Below the pieces are notes generated by a model. It worked only from the letters and a program-made list of their open reading frames with translations. It was not told the origin of the DNA and ran no database searches. Positions 19,558 through 28,785 of a DNA stretch of 32,000 nucleotides are shown here, one piece after another. Position numbers and translations under genes: made by a program. Source of the stretch: Pseudomonadota bacterium (GTDB taxonomy: Bacteria; Pseudomonadota; Alphaproteobacteria; Rhizobiales; Rhizobiaceae); contig JBCCXO010000007.1 in assembly GCA_039191645.1 (NCBI GenBank), positions 19,255 to 51,254 of the forward strand, read 5' to 3'. Position 1 is the first letter of the stretch; each line of letters starts with the position of its first letter.

Positions 19558-20028
19558 TCATGCCTGCTCCGGGTTAAGTTTCAGCATCGTTCGGTTTAAG
19601 ATAACTGCTACTGTTACCCAAGCAATATAGGGCAGAAGGATGAGACCGGCCATTTGGTTTATTTGGAAAAACAAAATTGCCTGCAATACAACGGACGCCC
19701 AGAGTAAAAACGCCTCCCACAGAGCCAGTTGCATGCGTTTCATCCCAAAGAAGATTGCTGACCATGCTGCATTCAAAATCAACGAGATGACATAAACGAC
19801 CAATGCTAGCTGACCGGCTCCAGTAAAGCCGGTTTCAGTCCAAACAATCCATCCTGCAATCGCATTCAACAAGTAAAGAATAAACCAAACGGTCGGAAAC
19901 GCCCACTTGGGCGGCTGCCAACTTGGCTTTTTCAGAGCTTCATACCAGGAACCAGGGGCAAAAATACCGCCACTCATAGCAGTGACAAAATTGAGGCCGA
20001 CAAAAGCAAGGAGTGACCAACTTATCAT
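19558..20028 (-). CDS. tspO: TspO/MBR family tryptophan-rich sensory protein
   Basis: WYEALKKPSWQPPKWAFPTVWFILYLLNAIAGW, LNAAWSAIFFGMKRMQLA. Confidence 0.95.
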   Translation of the reverse strand: MISWSLLAFVGLNFVTAMSGGIFAPGSWYEALKKPSWQPPKWAFPTVWFILYLLNAIAGWIVWTETGFTGAGQLALVVYVISLILNAAWSAIFFGMKRMQLALWEAFLLWASVVLQAILFFQINQMAGLILLPYIAWVTVAVILNRTMLKLNPEQA

Positions 20029-21066
20029 TTACACCAAATCCAGTTTGGCCGTTGCCCGGGCTCTTTCCAAATATTCCCGATCCCTGCGATCCATTTCGGC
20101 GAATAGATTTATCAGCCATTCACCATCGCCAAAAGCATTTTCATGGTCACGTGCGGAAGCATCAATCAGATATTTGACCTCTGCCAAAGGTGGGGATTGA
20201 TCCGCACCATTTGTATCAAATGGATTTCCAGTCGACATCAACATCAAGCTCAGCTTTCGTCCCCGGGTGGTGTAAGCCCTCTGATCAACCGAGTTAAATC
20301 CATTCTTGCGCACTTTCTGACCAATTTCGGCATAGACCATACCGGCCGCACGGATACCCGGGCGACAACTGGTTGGCAAATCAGAAATCCCGGTCATACC
20401 TCTTTTATAAACTTCATCTGCTTTGTCCAGAAGCCGCTCAACAACCCGCCCAAGCTCATTGGAAAACGTTGGTTCAGCAAGAAACTCGGCGGTGTTAACG
20501 CCCTCTTGCTCCAGCCACTCAGAGGGAAGATAAATCCGTCCATTGTGTGCATCCTCACCCACATCGCGAGCTATGTTAATGAGCTGCATCGCTACGCCCA
20601 AATCGCAAGCACGTGCAAGTGTATTTTCAAGGCGTCTGCCCATGACGATACTCATCATAACCCCCACGGTTCCAGCAACCCGGGCAGAATAATCCACAAC
20701 ATCGCCAATGGTTTCATAATTCTTGCCCATGATATCCCATTCGAAACCTTCCACCATGGATTGGGGAACCAATTCAGGAATCTCGTAATGCCGAACAACT
20801 TCTGAAAACGCACAATCTGCTGCGTGATTTTCAGGAGTTCCAGCGTAGGCTTTTTTGATACGCTCTCTTAGTCGATCAATCGACTGCATCGTAGCCTTTG
20901 GTGTATCCGCTATATCATCTGAAACCCGGCAGAACGCATATAAGGCAGTTGCAGCAATCCGCATTTGAGCAGGTAACATTAAAGAGGCGAAGTAAAAGCT
21001 TTTAGAACCTTCCCTGATGATGCGCCTGCATTCTTCAATATGCGTCTTAGTAAACGTGTGCAACAT
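20029..21066 (-). CDS. crtB: Phytoene synthase
   Basis: GSKSFYFASLMLPAQMRIAATALYAFCRVSDDIAD, MQLINIARDVGEDAHNGRIYLPSEWL. Confidence 0.96.
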   Translation of the reverse strand: MLHTFTKTHIEECRRIIREGSKSFYFASLMLPAQMRIAATALYAFCRVSDDIADTPKATMQSIDRLRERIKKAYAGTPENHAADCAFSEVVRHYEIPELVPQSMVEGFEWDIMGKNYETIGDVVDYSARVAGTVGVMMSIVMGRRLENTLARACDLGVAMQLINIARDVGEDAHNGRIYLPSEWLEQEGVNTAEFLAEPTFSNELGRVVERLLDKADEVYKRGMTGISDLPTSCRPGIRAAGMVYAEIGQKVRKNGFNSVDQRAYTTRGRKLSLMLMSTGNPFDTNGADQSPPLAEVKYLIDASARDHENAFGDGEWLINLFAEMDRRDREYLERARATAKLDLV

Positions 21067-21068
21067 CG

Positions 21069-22610
21069 CTAGGAACCCGCTTTCACAAATAGATTGCCGT
21101 GCGGTACGACTTCATCAAGCACACATGCCGATGTCACAACACCGGGCAAGCCGGCTCCAGGATGCGTCCCTGCACCGACAAGATAAAGTCCTTTGACTTC
21201 CTCGCTGACATTGTGCGGCCGGAACCAAGCGCTCTGCGTGAAAATTGGTTCTGGGCCAAATGCAGCGCCAAATGGAGCATTTAGACGTTTCTCAAAATCC
21301 AGCGGTGTCATAATCTTGGATGTTACAATGCAATCCCCCAAACCCGGCATTAGGGTTTCTTCGAGCCGACGTTGCATCTTCATGCGATAAGCTTCTGATA
21401 TCTCGTGCCAATCCACACCACTTTCCAAATGTGGAACAGGCGATAACGCATAAAAAGTATCACAACCTTCCGGCGCCACGTCAGGATCGCTGGCGGTGGG
21501 CCTATGCAAGTAAAGGCTAAAATCCTCAGCCAAAACTTTTCTATCGAAAATATCCTTCAGTAAGCCTTTGTAGCGAGGACCCATGATGATGGTGTGATGA
21601 TCAACCGTTTCAAATTTCCGGTTAGTGCCAAAATACCAAACAAACAGGCTCATGGAGTGATGAACACGTTTAAGTTTGCGCGGCGTCCAACGATTGTTTT
21701 TCCGGCTGCTTAGCAAATTGTCATATCCCCAGATTGCATCAGCATTGCTAACAACAATGTTTGCCGGGAGTTCTCTGCCACCTTTAAGACGAACACCCCG
21801 GGCTTGGCCATTCGAGACAAGGATTTCCTCCACTGGGGAGTTCAGCAGCAATGATCCCCCCTGTCCTTTCACCAAATCGACAAGCCCAGCCACAAGAGCG
21901 CCCGTACCTCCCATCGCATAATGAACACCCCAGTTGCGCTCAAGAAACGCAATTAAACTGTAAATACTTGTGACTCGAAGCGGGTTTCCACCCACAAACA
22001 GCGGATGGAAGCTGAGAGCAATTCTGAGTTTTTCGTTTTCGATATGCTTTGCTACATGGGCATAAACTGATCGATCTGCACGGTGTGAAATCAGACTTGG
22101 CAGGAACTTCAGCATATCGACAAACCGGCTAAATGGTTTTTTGCCCATCTGCTCAAAGCCCATCCGGTAGTTAGCCTCACTTTCAGCCAGAAATCGGTCG
22201 TACCCTTTCACATCTTTTGGATTGAAGCGAGCAACTTCGGATCGCATGAAATCTGCGTCCTGATTGCACGTAAACACTTCTCCATCATCGAACCGTATCT
22301 TGTAAAACGGATTCATTGGCTTCAGGGTGACATGGTCAGACATGCGTTTCCCGCACAACTCCCATAACTCCTCAAACACAAAAGGTGCAGTGACAATAGT
22401 CGGACCTGCATCAAATACGAAGCCATCTTGATTAAAAACACTAGCCCGACCACCAGCCTGCTCAAGCTTTTCGACAACAGTGACCTGATAGCCGCGAGCA
22501 CCAAGTCGTACCGCAGCCGCTAGGCCGCCAAATCCGGAGCCAATAACAATAGCTTTAGGCTTTTGCCCTGATGCGAGCGTAGCATCGGAGTGCATAAAAT
22601 GTGTATTCAT
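21069..22610 (-). CDS. crtI: Phytoene desaturase
   Basis: AIVIGSGFGGLAAAVRLGARGYQVTVVEKLEQAGGRASVFNQDGFVFDAGPTIVTAPFVFEELW, LYLVGAGTHPGAGLPGVVTSA. Confidence 0.96.
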   Translation of the reverse strand: MNTHFMHSDATLASGQKPKAIVIGSGFGGLAAAVRLGARGYQVTVVEKLEQAGGRASVFNQDGFVFDAGPTIVTAPFVFEELWELCGKRMSDHVTLKPMNPFYKIRFDDGEVFTCNQDADFMRSEVARFNPKDVKGYDRFLAESEANYRMGFEQMGKKPFSRFVDMLKFLPSLISHRADRSVYAHVAKHIENEKLRIALSFHPLFVGGNPLRVTSIYSLIAFLERNWGVHYAMGGTGALVAGLVDLVKGQGGSLLLNSPVEEILVSNGQARGVRLKGGRELPANIVVSNADAIWGYDNLLSSRKNNRWTPRKLKRVHHSMSLFVWYFGTNRKFETVDHHTIIMGPRYKGLLKDIFDRKVLAEDFSLYLHRPTASDPDVAPEGCDTFYALSPVPHLESGVDWHEISEAYRMKMQRRLEETLMPGLGDCIVTSKIMTPLDFEKRLNAPFGAAFGPEPIFTQSAWFRPHNVSEEVKGLYLVGAGTHPGAGLPGVVTSACVLDEVVPHGNLFVKAGS

Positions 22611-22619
22611 ATTTTGACA
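22602..22619. promoter_or_regulatory. TGT-N12-ACA palindrome at the crtI start / bchO stop
   Basis: TGTATTCATATTTTGACA; overlaps the crtI ATG (22608-22610). Confidence 0.55.
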
Positions 22620-23528
22620 TTAAATATTGTAAACTTTATTTGCGCAAGCATTCTGTTCATCATTCGACAAGCATTGTGTGGCAAATGCGTCAATCTTACC
22701 CGCTACCGCCTCGGGATTTTCCTCATGTACCAAGTGACCAGCTTTGGAAAAACTGATCCTCTCACCTGCCGAAACGATTCTTTCAGTCGATAAGCTTGCT
22801 GACGGATCAACGGTCCCATCCTTTTCGCCAATTATCTGCAAAAGCGGTACTGGTAAATTTTTCAGACACTTATGCATTTCGTCCAGTTCCCAATTGGCCA
22901 TCATTGCGAGCGTCCCCTCCACGTGTCGACTGGATACAAATGCCCGAGCATAATAGCTCAATTGCTGTTCGGTGAGCTCAGATCCGGTCGAACGAATGAG
23001 GCGCCGAACACGTTCTTTGTCAGATGCCGTCAGTGCAAAAAATTTTGGTACAAAGGGATTTAGAAAAAGCATTTTGGCCATAGCCGGGAACAATTGACGT
23101 GCGAATCCCGGGAAAGGATAGAAAGCCCCGTTAATTGAAACGATGCCTTTTGGCCGCACAAGCCCCTTCACAGTCATGTTTACCGCGATGGCGGCACCCG
23201 CCGAATGACCAACGATGAGTTCAGGCTCAAATTCCTCTTGAATAAGCAGCGTCGACAAGGCTTCGCTGATGTTATCTAGGCTCGATCTCTTTCTTCTGAT
23301 CACCGAAGAAAACCCATGCCCAGGCAAGTCAGGCACCAACAAGTCATACTTCTCTGACAGAATTTCCATGACTCCCTCGAAAGAGTGGGTGGTAGCACCA
23401 CTTCCATGTAAAAGGAGAATGCCGGGTCCACTGCCCGTGCGCTGAACATGCCATCGTATGTTGGTCAGCTCGACAAACCGACTAAGGTGTGAATTGGGCC
23501 AACTCTGTTTCTCGTCCTGCCAGTCCAC
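22620..23528 (-). CDS. bchO: Alpha/beta hydrolase BchO, putative Mg-chelatase accessory protein
   Basis: GSGPGILLLHGSGATTHSFEGVMEILSEKYDLLVPDLPGHGFS, IVGHSAGAAIAV, GHLVHEENPE; downstream of bchD. GTG start. Confidence 0.9.
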   Translation of the reverse strand: MDWQDEKQSWPNSHLSRFVELTNIRWHVQRTGSGPGILLLHGSGATTHSFEGVMEILSEKYDLLVPDLPGHGFSSVIRRKRSSLDNISEALSTLLIQEEFEPELIVGHSAGAAIAVNMTVKGLVRPKGIVSINGAFYPFPGFARQLFPAMAKMLFLNPFVPKFFALTASDKERVRRLIRSTGSELTEQQLSYYARAFVSSRHVEGTLAMMANWELDEMHKCLKNLPVPLLQIIGEKDGTVDPSASLSTERIVSAGERISFSKAGHLVHEENPEAVAGKIDAFATQCLSNDEQNACANKVYNI

Positions 23529-23543
23529 AATTTCAATCCATGG

Positions 23544-25310
23544 CTAATGTTGACTGACCCGCACCGCGTCAGAAATGTTTTTTGAACTGGCAAACGGCAT
23601 GGGTACATACTTTGCCCGCAACGCGTCGGCCACCGTTTTGGCATGACCATTCGCACTCCGGCTCACATCAATGACTAAAGTGGCAACCTCCAAAGAAGCC
23701 AGGCCACGCGCCATTGAAATTGCATCTTCCATTGCTTGAGCCCTACCTCCAAGGCCCTCAAGCGATACGTTGGCGCTACCATCGGTCAACAAGACAAGGC
23801 TGGGGCTGCGGCCTTTACGCAGTTCATCCTGCGCAACCGCCATCGCCTTTTGAAGCCCATGGGCTAGCGGTGTACCACCACCCCCGCGCAATCCAGAAAG
23901 CGTCCTACGTGCCCGCGTCAAAGATCGGGTAGGCGGCAAAATGGTTTCTGATTCCTGTCCGCGTAAGCTGATGAGGGCGACATGGTCACGACGTGCATAA
24001 CTCTCACCTAAGAGCAATTCGACCGCACCTTTTGCCTCAGCCAATCGATTGATCGCAGTTGAACCGGAGGCATCTACCACAAAAATCGTGGTGCTTTCAG
24101 AAGGTTTCAAATAACGTTTAACATGAAAGTCGCGCTTTCGGACCTGTATCCGATTTGGGTTCAGACTGTGTTGACGTCGCATTGTTTGCCATGGTGCAGA
24201 CGCCCTCAAGGTTGCAATAAGATCGAGGCGCTTACCATGATCAAAAGAACCGCGGATGCTGCCGACAGGTTTACCCCGTGTAAAGCTGATACGCTTACCC
24301 CCACTCCGGCCTGCAAGCCGCTTACCGCGCCTTTTGTTTGTATTGCTTTTCAACGCCATCAGAAGTTCGGGCGGCAGAGTAGCAAGGATACTGTTGACAT
24401 CCATCTCATTGGGCATGGTGTCGGAGGTGCTACGATTGCTCTCTTGTTTTTCTTCATCGGGATTGGACGTATTCGCTTCTTCTTCAAGAGCCTCATCCTG
24501 TTCCTCTATGGGATACACAAGAGCGCGATTGACCAGACTTAGACGAATTGCCGTTGACACATCTTCTCGATTTACCGTGCTCCTATCCTGCAAACCGGCA
24601 TGAAACGACGCCACTTGCAAGGCCTGATGTGGTGGTCTGATTGAAGCAAGCCCGAGACTGAGGGAAACCGCACAAAGTTCTTCAAGGAGAGCGGCATCAC
24701 ACAAAGCCGGCTTGGGAATGCCACGATTATTTTTCTCATCTCGCTTACCAATGTCACGCAGCGAAACCTGAGACAAGTCCAGATGAAACATCAACCGGTC
24801 ACGTAACCCGATTGACAAAAATTCTTCACCATCTTCGCCCTGATCAATGATGACAAGACCTAGGTTTAAATCCTGATCAGAGGCGGGCGATAAACCATCA
24901 ACAGAAACCCTACCGGATTCAAGCACAGCGCCAAATCCGGCAGCCATTTCCGGCATCATTGCGGCTGACAGCGGGATAATGAGAACCCCTTCGTGACACC
25001 TAGAAAGTAGGCCTTCTTCATATACCCGTTTGCCGGCTGCCAAGGTCGCCGATAAATCAAGCCCTCCTAACAAATCGGAGAAACGTGCAGTGCCTTGAAG
25101 CTGTTTTGTTGAATCTCTGGGCAAAACATCCTGCAATCGTTCAAGCCAAGCGTCCAGAACCGGCCCAGCCTGCGCTTTAACACAAAATGTCGGCATACGT
25201 GATGTGGGCGAGGAAACCATTCCAGCCGCAAGCTCAATAGCCAAACAGGCATCGTTCCAGGCCGCTGATTGCGGAGAGCACGTTTGAGAAGAAGTATCGA
25301 GGTGAGCCAT
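23544..25310 (-). CDS. bchD: Magnesium chelatase subunit D
   Basis: C-terminal VWA domain FVVDASGSTAINRLAEAKGAVELLL, LLTDGSANVSLEG; downstream of bchI. Alternative TTG start at 25328 gives a TTGA overlap with bchI. Confidence 0.94.
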   Translation of the reverse strand: MAHLDTSSQTCSPQSAAWNDACLAIELAAGMVSSPTSRMPTFCVKAQAGPVLDAWLERLQDVLPRDSTKQLQGTARFSDLLGGLDLSATLAAGKRVYEEGLLSRCHEGVLIIPLSAAMMPEMAAGFGAVLESGRVSVDGLSPASDQDLNLGLVIIDQGEDGEEFLSIGLRDRLMFHLDLSQVSLRDIGKRDEKNNRGIPKPALCDAALLEELCAVSLSLGLASIRPPHQALQVASFHAGLQDRSTVNREDVSTAIRLSLVNRALVYPIEEQDEALEEEANTSNPDEEKQESNRSTSDTMPNEMDVNSILATLPPELLMALKSNTNKRRGKRLAGRSGGKRISFTRGKPVGSIRGSFDHGKRLDLIATLRASAPWQTMRRQHSLNPNRIQVRKRDFHVKRYLKPSESTTIFVVDASGSTAINRLAEAKGAVELLLGESYARRDHVALISLRGQESETILPPTRSLTRARRTLSGLRGGGGTPLAHGLQKAMAVAQDELRKGRSPSLVLLTDGSANVSLEGLGGRAQAMEDAISMARGLASLEVATLVIDVSRSANGHAKTVADALRAKYVPMPFASSKNISDAVRVSQH

Positions 25311-25324
25311 GCTGTAACCCGAGC

Positions 25325-26365
25325 TCAAGCCGCATCCCGGCTTGCATAAATCTCTTCCAATACACGCTCTACCCGTACAGATCCGCGTGCATCGTCCAGA
25401 GGATTTTTTCTCAGTCGATGACTCAATGCCAAAGGCGCCAGTTTTCGAACATGCGAGGAAGACACGACCGTATCACCACTCCAAGCCGCATCCGCACGCG
25501 CAGCCTTAATCAGGGTTAACTCACCCCTGAGGCCATCCGTTCCAAGTCCGATGCATATTTCAGCGATCAAGGCCAACACGTCATCATCCACGGTTACGAA
25601 TCCAATCAACTCCCGAGCGCGATCAATTCGATTGCGGAGTTTTGTCGTCTCACGTTTCCATTTGCGAATGAACGCCGAAGGATCAGCATCGTAAGTGTCG
25701 CGCCTTCGGATGATCTCGACACGTTTTTTGATATCCATGGGCGTCTCAACGTCAACTGAGAGACCAAATCGATCCAACAGTTGCGGCCGCAACTCCCCTT
25801 CCTCTGGATTTCCGCTGCCAATCAAAACAAAACTGGCAGGATGGCGAACTGACAAGCCTTCTCGTTCAATAACATTCCAGCCGGAAGCTGCGACGTCCAA
25901 GAGCACATCAACTAGATGGTCTTCAAGCAGGTTAACTTCATCAATATAGAGGAATCCCCTATTTGCGTCAGCGAGCAAACCCGGTTCAAATTCCTTTTTG
26001 CCGTCCACCAAAGCACGCTCGATGTCCAATGAACCCAAGAGGCGGTCTTGGGTAACCCCCAACGGCAAATCGACAACAGGTACAGACACTTTCTTGGCTT
26101 GGGAGGCGCGATTTGTTTCCAAACACTGTTCACATAATCTCGTAGTGTCGCTTGGATCACACCGATAACGGCAATCGGCAACCGCTTCGATGGTTGGCAA
26201 TGCAGCCGCCAACGCACGCACAGTGGTGGTTTTCCCGGTTCCTCGATCGCCTAATGCAAGAACCCCTCCGAGAGAGGGATCAATGGCTGAAAGTATCAAC
26301 GCATGTTTAAGCTCGTCCTGACCGACGATCGCCGCAAATGGGTAAACTTCCCTTTTTTCGTTCAT
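25325..26365 (-). CDS. bchI: Magnesium chelatase ATPase subunit I
   Basis: [76 protein letters not shown]. Start ATG 26365 after GGGAG. Confidence 0.97.
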   Translation of the reverse strand: [346 protein letters not shown]

Positions 26366-26430
26366 TGGGCTCCCTTCCCGAACGCGATAACCTGCCCCGC
26401 TTGAATTGCGGGCAAATATACACTCTATTA

Positions 26431-26448
26431 TGTCTATTTTCTTTGACA
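26431..26448. promoter_or_regulatory. TGT-N12-ACA palindrome upstream of bchI
   Basis: TGTCTATTTTCTTTGACA, 66 bp upstream of the bchI ATG. Confidence 0.65.
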
Positions 26449-26746
26449 TGTACAGAGACTATAATCTTTTCATGTTAACGAATGTGTTGACCAAGTGAGA
26501 TCTGAGATCTCTTAGGCATGATCCGCGTGGGAAAGTCATGCGGGATTCAAAAGCCTTTAGCTCAAATCGATATAAAAAACTGCGCACCATGCCAGCAGCC
26601 ACCGCTGAGGAAAACCCTAAAATGGCAGGTTGAAAGAAACCCGAACATGCAGACAAATCAGTCAGGGTTTGCACTACAACCTGCCAAATCAACCAAAATT
26701 AGCTTGCTAATATGCAAATTGTGACTAAAATTATGGACAATATGAG

Positions 26747-26764
26747 TGTAAATAATAATTTACA
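26747..26764. promoter_or_regulatory. TGT-N12-ACA palindrome immediately upstream of dxs
   Basis: TGTAAATAATAATTTACA (7-bp inverted arms), ending 14 nt before the dxs ATG. Confidence 0.6.
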
Positions 26765-26778
26765 TTCAGGGAGGTCAC

Positions 26779-28695
26779 ATGCCAACGAAATCCAAAACAC
26801 CGTTACTCGATACGGTCACAAACCCTGAAGACTTGCGAAACCTAGAGGATGAGTTACTCACCCAACTCTCTGATGAACTCAGGACGGAATTGGTCGATGC
26901 GGTATCAGTAACCGGTGGCCACTTAGGCGCTGGACTAGGCGTGGTGGAGCTTACAGTCGCATTACATCATGTGTTTGAGACGCCCCATGATCGCATCATC
27001 TGGGATGTTGGTCATCAGTGCTATCCCCATAAAATTCTGACCGGACGCCGTGACCGAATTCGAACCATCCGTCAGGAGAACGGATTGTCCGGATTCACAA
27101 AGCGTAAAGAAAGCGCCTATGATCCATTCGGCGCTGCTCACTCGTCAACGTCGATCTCAGCTGGCCTGGGAATGGTCGAAGCCTCTCGACTCGCAGGGAA
27201 AAAACGAAATGTGATCTCAGTAATAGGAGACGGCGCGATCACAGCCGGGATGGCGTATGAAGCCATGAACAATGCAGGTGCAATGGATGCAAGACAGATT
27301 GTCATTCTAAACGACAATGACATGTCGATTGCCCCTCCTACCGGCGCCATGAGCCACTATCTTGCGCGCCTGGTCTCAGGAAAAACCTACCGGTCTTTGC
27401 GCGAATCCGCCAAACGCATCAACGCAAAAATGCCCCGTTTCATTGCGGACAAAGCACGCAAGACCGAAGAATATACGCGGAACCTGTTCAACAGTGGCAC
27501 TCTGTTTGAGGAACTGGGCTTTTACTATCTCGGGCCCGTTGACGGCCATAATCTGGATGTCCTCTTGCCGGTGCTGAGAAACGTCCGCGACTCCGAGCAA
27601 GGCCCAATCTTACTGCACATCGTTACAGAAAAAGGTAAGGGTTATGAGCACGCAGAAAAAGCTGAATGCAAACTCCACGCAGTTGCCAAATTTGATGTGA
27701 TCAGCGGAAAACAGCAAAAATCAAAACAGAACGTCCCCTCTTATACGAAGGTATTCGGACAATCGCTGGTTCAGGAAGCAGAACGGGACGAAAAAATCGT
27801 AGGCATTACTGCCGCGATGCCATCTGGAACCGGCATCGATATTTTCGAAAAAGCATTTCCGGATCGAACCTATGATGTCGGGATCGCAGAACAGCATGCG
27901 GTCACCTTCGCTGCCGGCATGGCATCAGAGGGATACAAGCCATTTTGTGCAATTTATTCAACGTTTTTGCAGCGCGCTTACGATCAGGTGGTACACGATG
28001 TTTCCATTCAGCAACTACCTGTCCGCTTTCCGATAGATCGCGCGGGCTTTGTTGGTGCAGACGGCGCAACCCATGCAGGTTCTTTCGACATTGCATATCT
28101 TTCTTGCCTGCCAGGGTTCACGGTTATGGCAGCAGCCGACGAAGCGGAATTGAAACACATGGTCGCAACTGCAGTTGCTTATGACGAAGGACCAATATCA
28201 TTTCGATATCCGCGTGGCGAAGGGGTCGGCGTTAACATGCCGGAACAGGGAGAAATCCTTGAAATAGGAAAAGGCCGCATCGTACAAGAGGGGACAAAAG
28301 TCGCGCTTTTGTCGTTTGGCTCGAGACTTCAAGATAGCATATTGGCGGCACAACAATTGGAAACCTACGGTCTTTCCACGACGGTAGCAGATGCCCGCTT
28401 TGCGAAACCCCTCGATACAGAAATGGTCGAAATGCTGGCCCGCGAGCATGAATTACTCATTACAATTGAAGAAGGTTCACAAGGCGGGTTTGGTGCATTG
28501 GTGCTCCATCACCTGGCAGGGCAAGGTCTACTGGACCGAGGGCTCAAGATTAGAACCATGACGATGCCTGATATCTATATGGATCAGATGTCCCCAGCAC
28601 GCATGATCGAAGTTGGTTGCCTCGATGCAAAAAGCATTGTGAGTGAGGCCGTAGGTGCGCTTGATAACTTAAGCTCTGTAGCCTCGATAGCGTAA
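26779..28695 (+). CDS. dxs: 1-deoxy-D-xylulose-5-phosphate synthase
   Basis: [105 protein letters not shown]; SD GGGAGG. Confidence 0.98.
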   Translation: MPTKSKTPLLDTVTNPEDLRNLEDELLTQLSDELRTELVDAVSVTGGHLGAGLGVVELTVALHHVFETPHDRIIWDVGHQCYPHKILTGRRDRIRTIRQENGLSGFTKRKESAYDPFGAAHSSTSISAGLGMVEASRLAGKKRNVISVIGDGAITAGMAYEAMNNAGAMDARQIVILNDNDMSIAPPTGAMSHYLARLVSGKTYRSLRESAKRINAKMPRFIADKARKTEEYTRNLFNSGTLFEELGFYYLGPVDGHNLDVLLPVLRNVRDSEQGPILLHIVTEKGKGYEHAEKAECKLHAVAKFDVISGKQQKSKQNVPSYTKVFGQSLVQEAERDEKIVGITAAMPSGTGIDIFEKAFPDRTYDVGIAEQHAVTFAAGMASEGYKPFCAIYSTFLQRAYDQVVHDVSIQQLPVRFPIDRAGFVGADGATHAGSFDIAYLSCLPGFTVMAAADEAELKHMVATAVAYDEGPISFRYPRGEGVGVNMPEQGEILEIGKGRIVQEGTKVALLSFGSRLQDSILAAQQLETYGLSTTVADARFAKPLDTEMVEMLAREHELLITIEEGSQGGFGALVLHHLAGQGLLDRGLKIRTMTMPDIYMDQMSPARMIEVGCLDAKSIVSEAVGALDNLSSVASIA

Positions 28696-28711
28696 GGCGA
28701 AGTTCACCAGT

Positions 28712-28729
28712 TGTCATTTTCAGGGCACA
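28712..28729. promoter_or_regulatory. TGT-N12-ACA element upstream of the amine oxidase gene
   Basis: TGTCATTTTCAGGGCACA, 56 bp upstream of the ATG at 28786; core less AT-rich than the others. Confidence 0.35.
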
Positions 28730-28785
28730 GCAACCGTCTCAATTCTAAGGTTGCCAAACGCTGCTCCACAGCGCAAAAATAAACA

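Noticed and set aside
24123-24542. 139-aa + strand ORF inside bchD, with hydrophobic stretch
   Set aside because: Antisense to bchD's variable acidic linker; the hydrophobic run (IALLFFFIGIGRIRFFFKSLILFLY) is the reverse complement of Glu/Asn-rich codons, not a credible TM protein.
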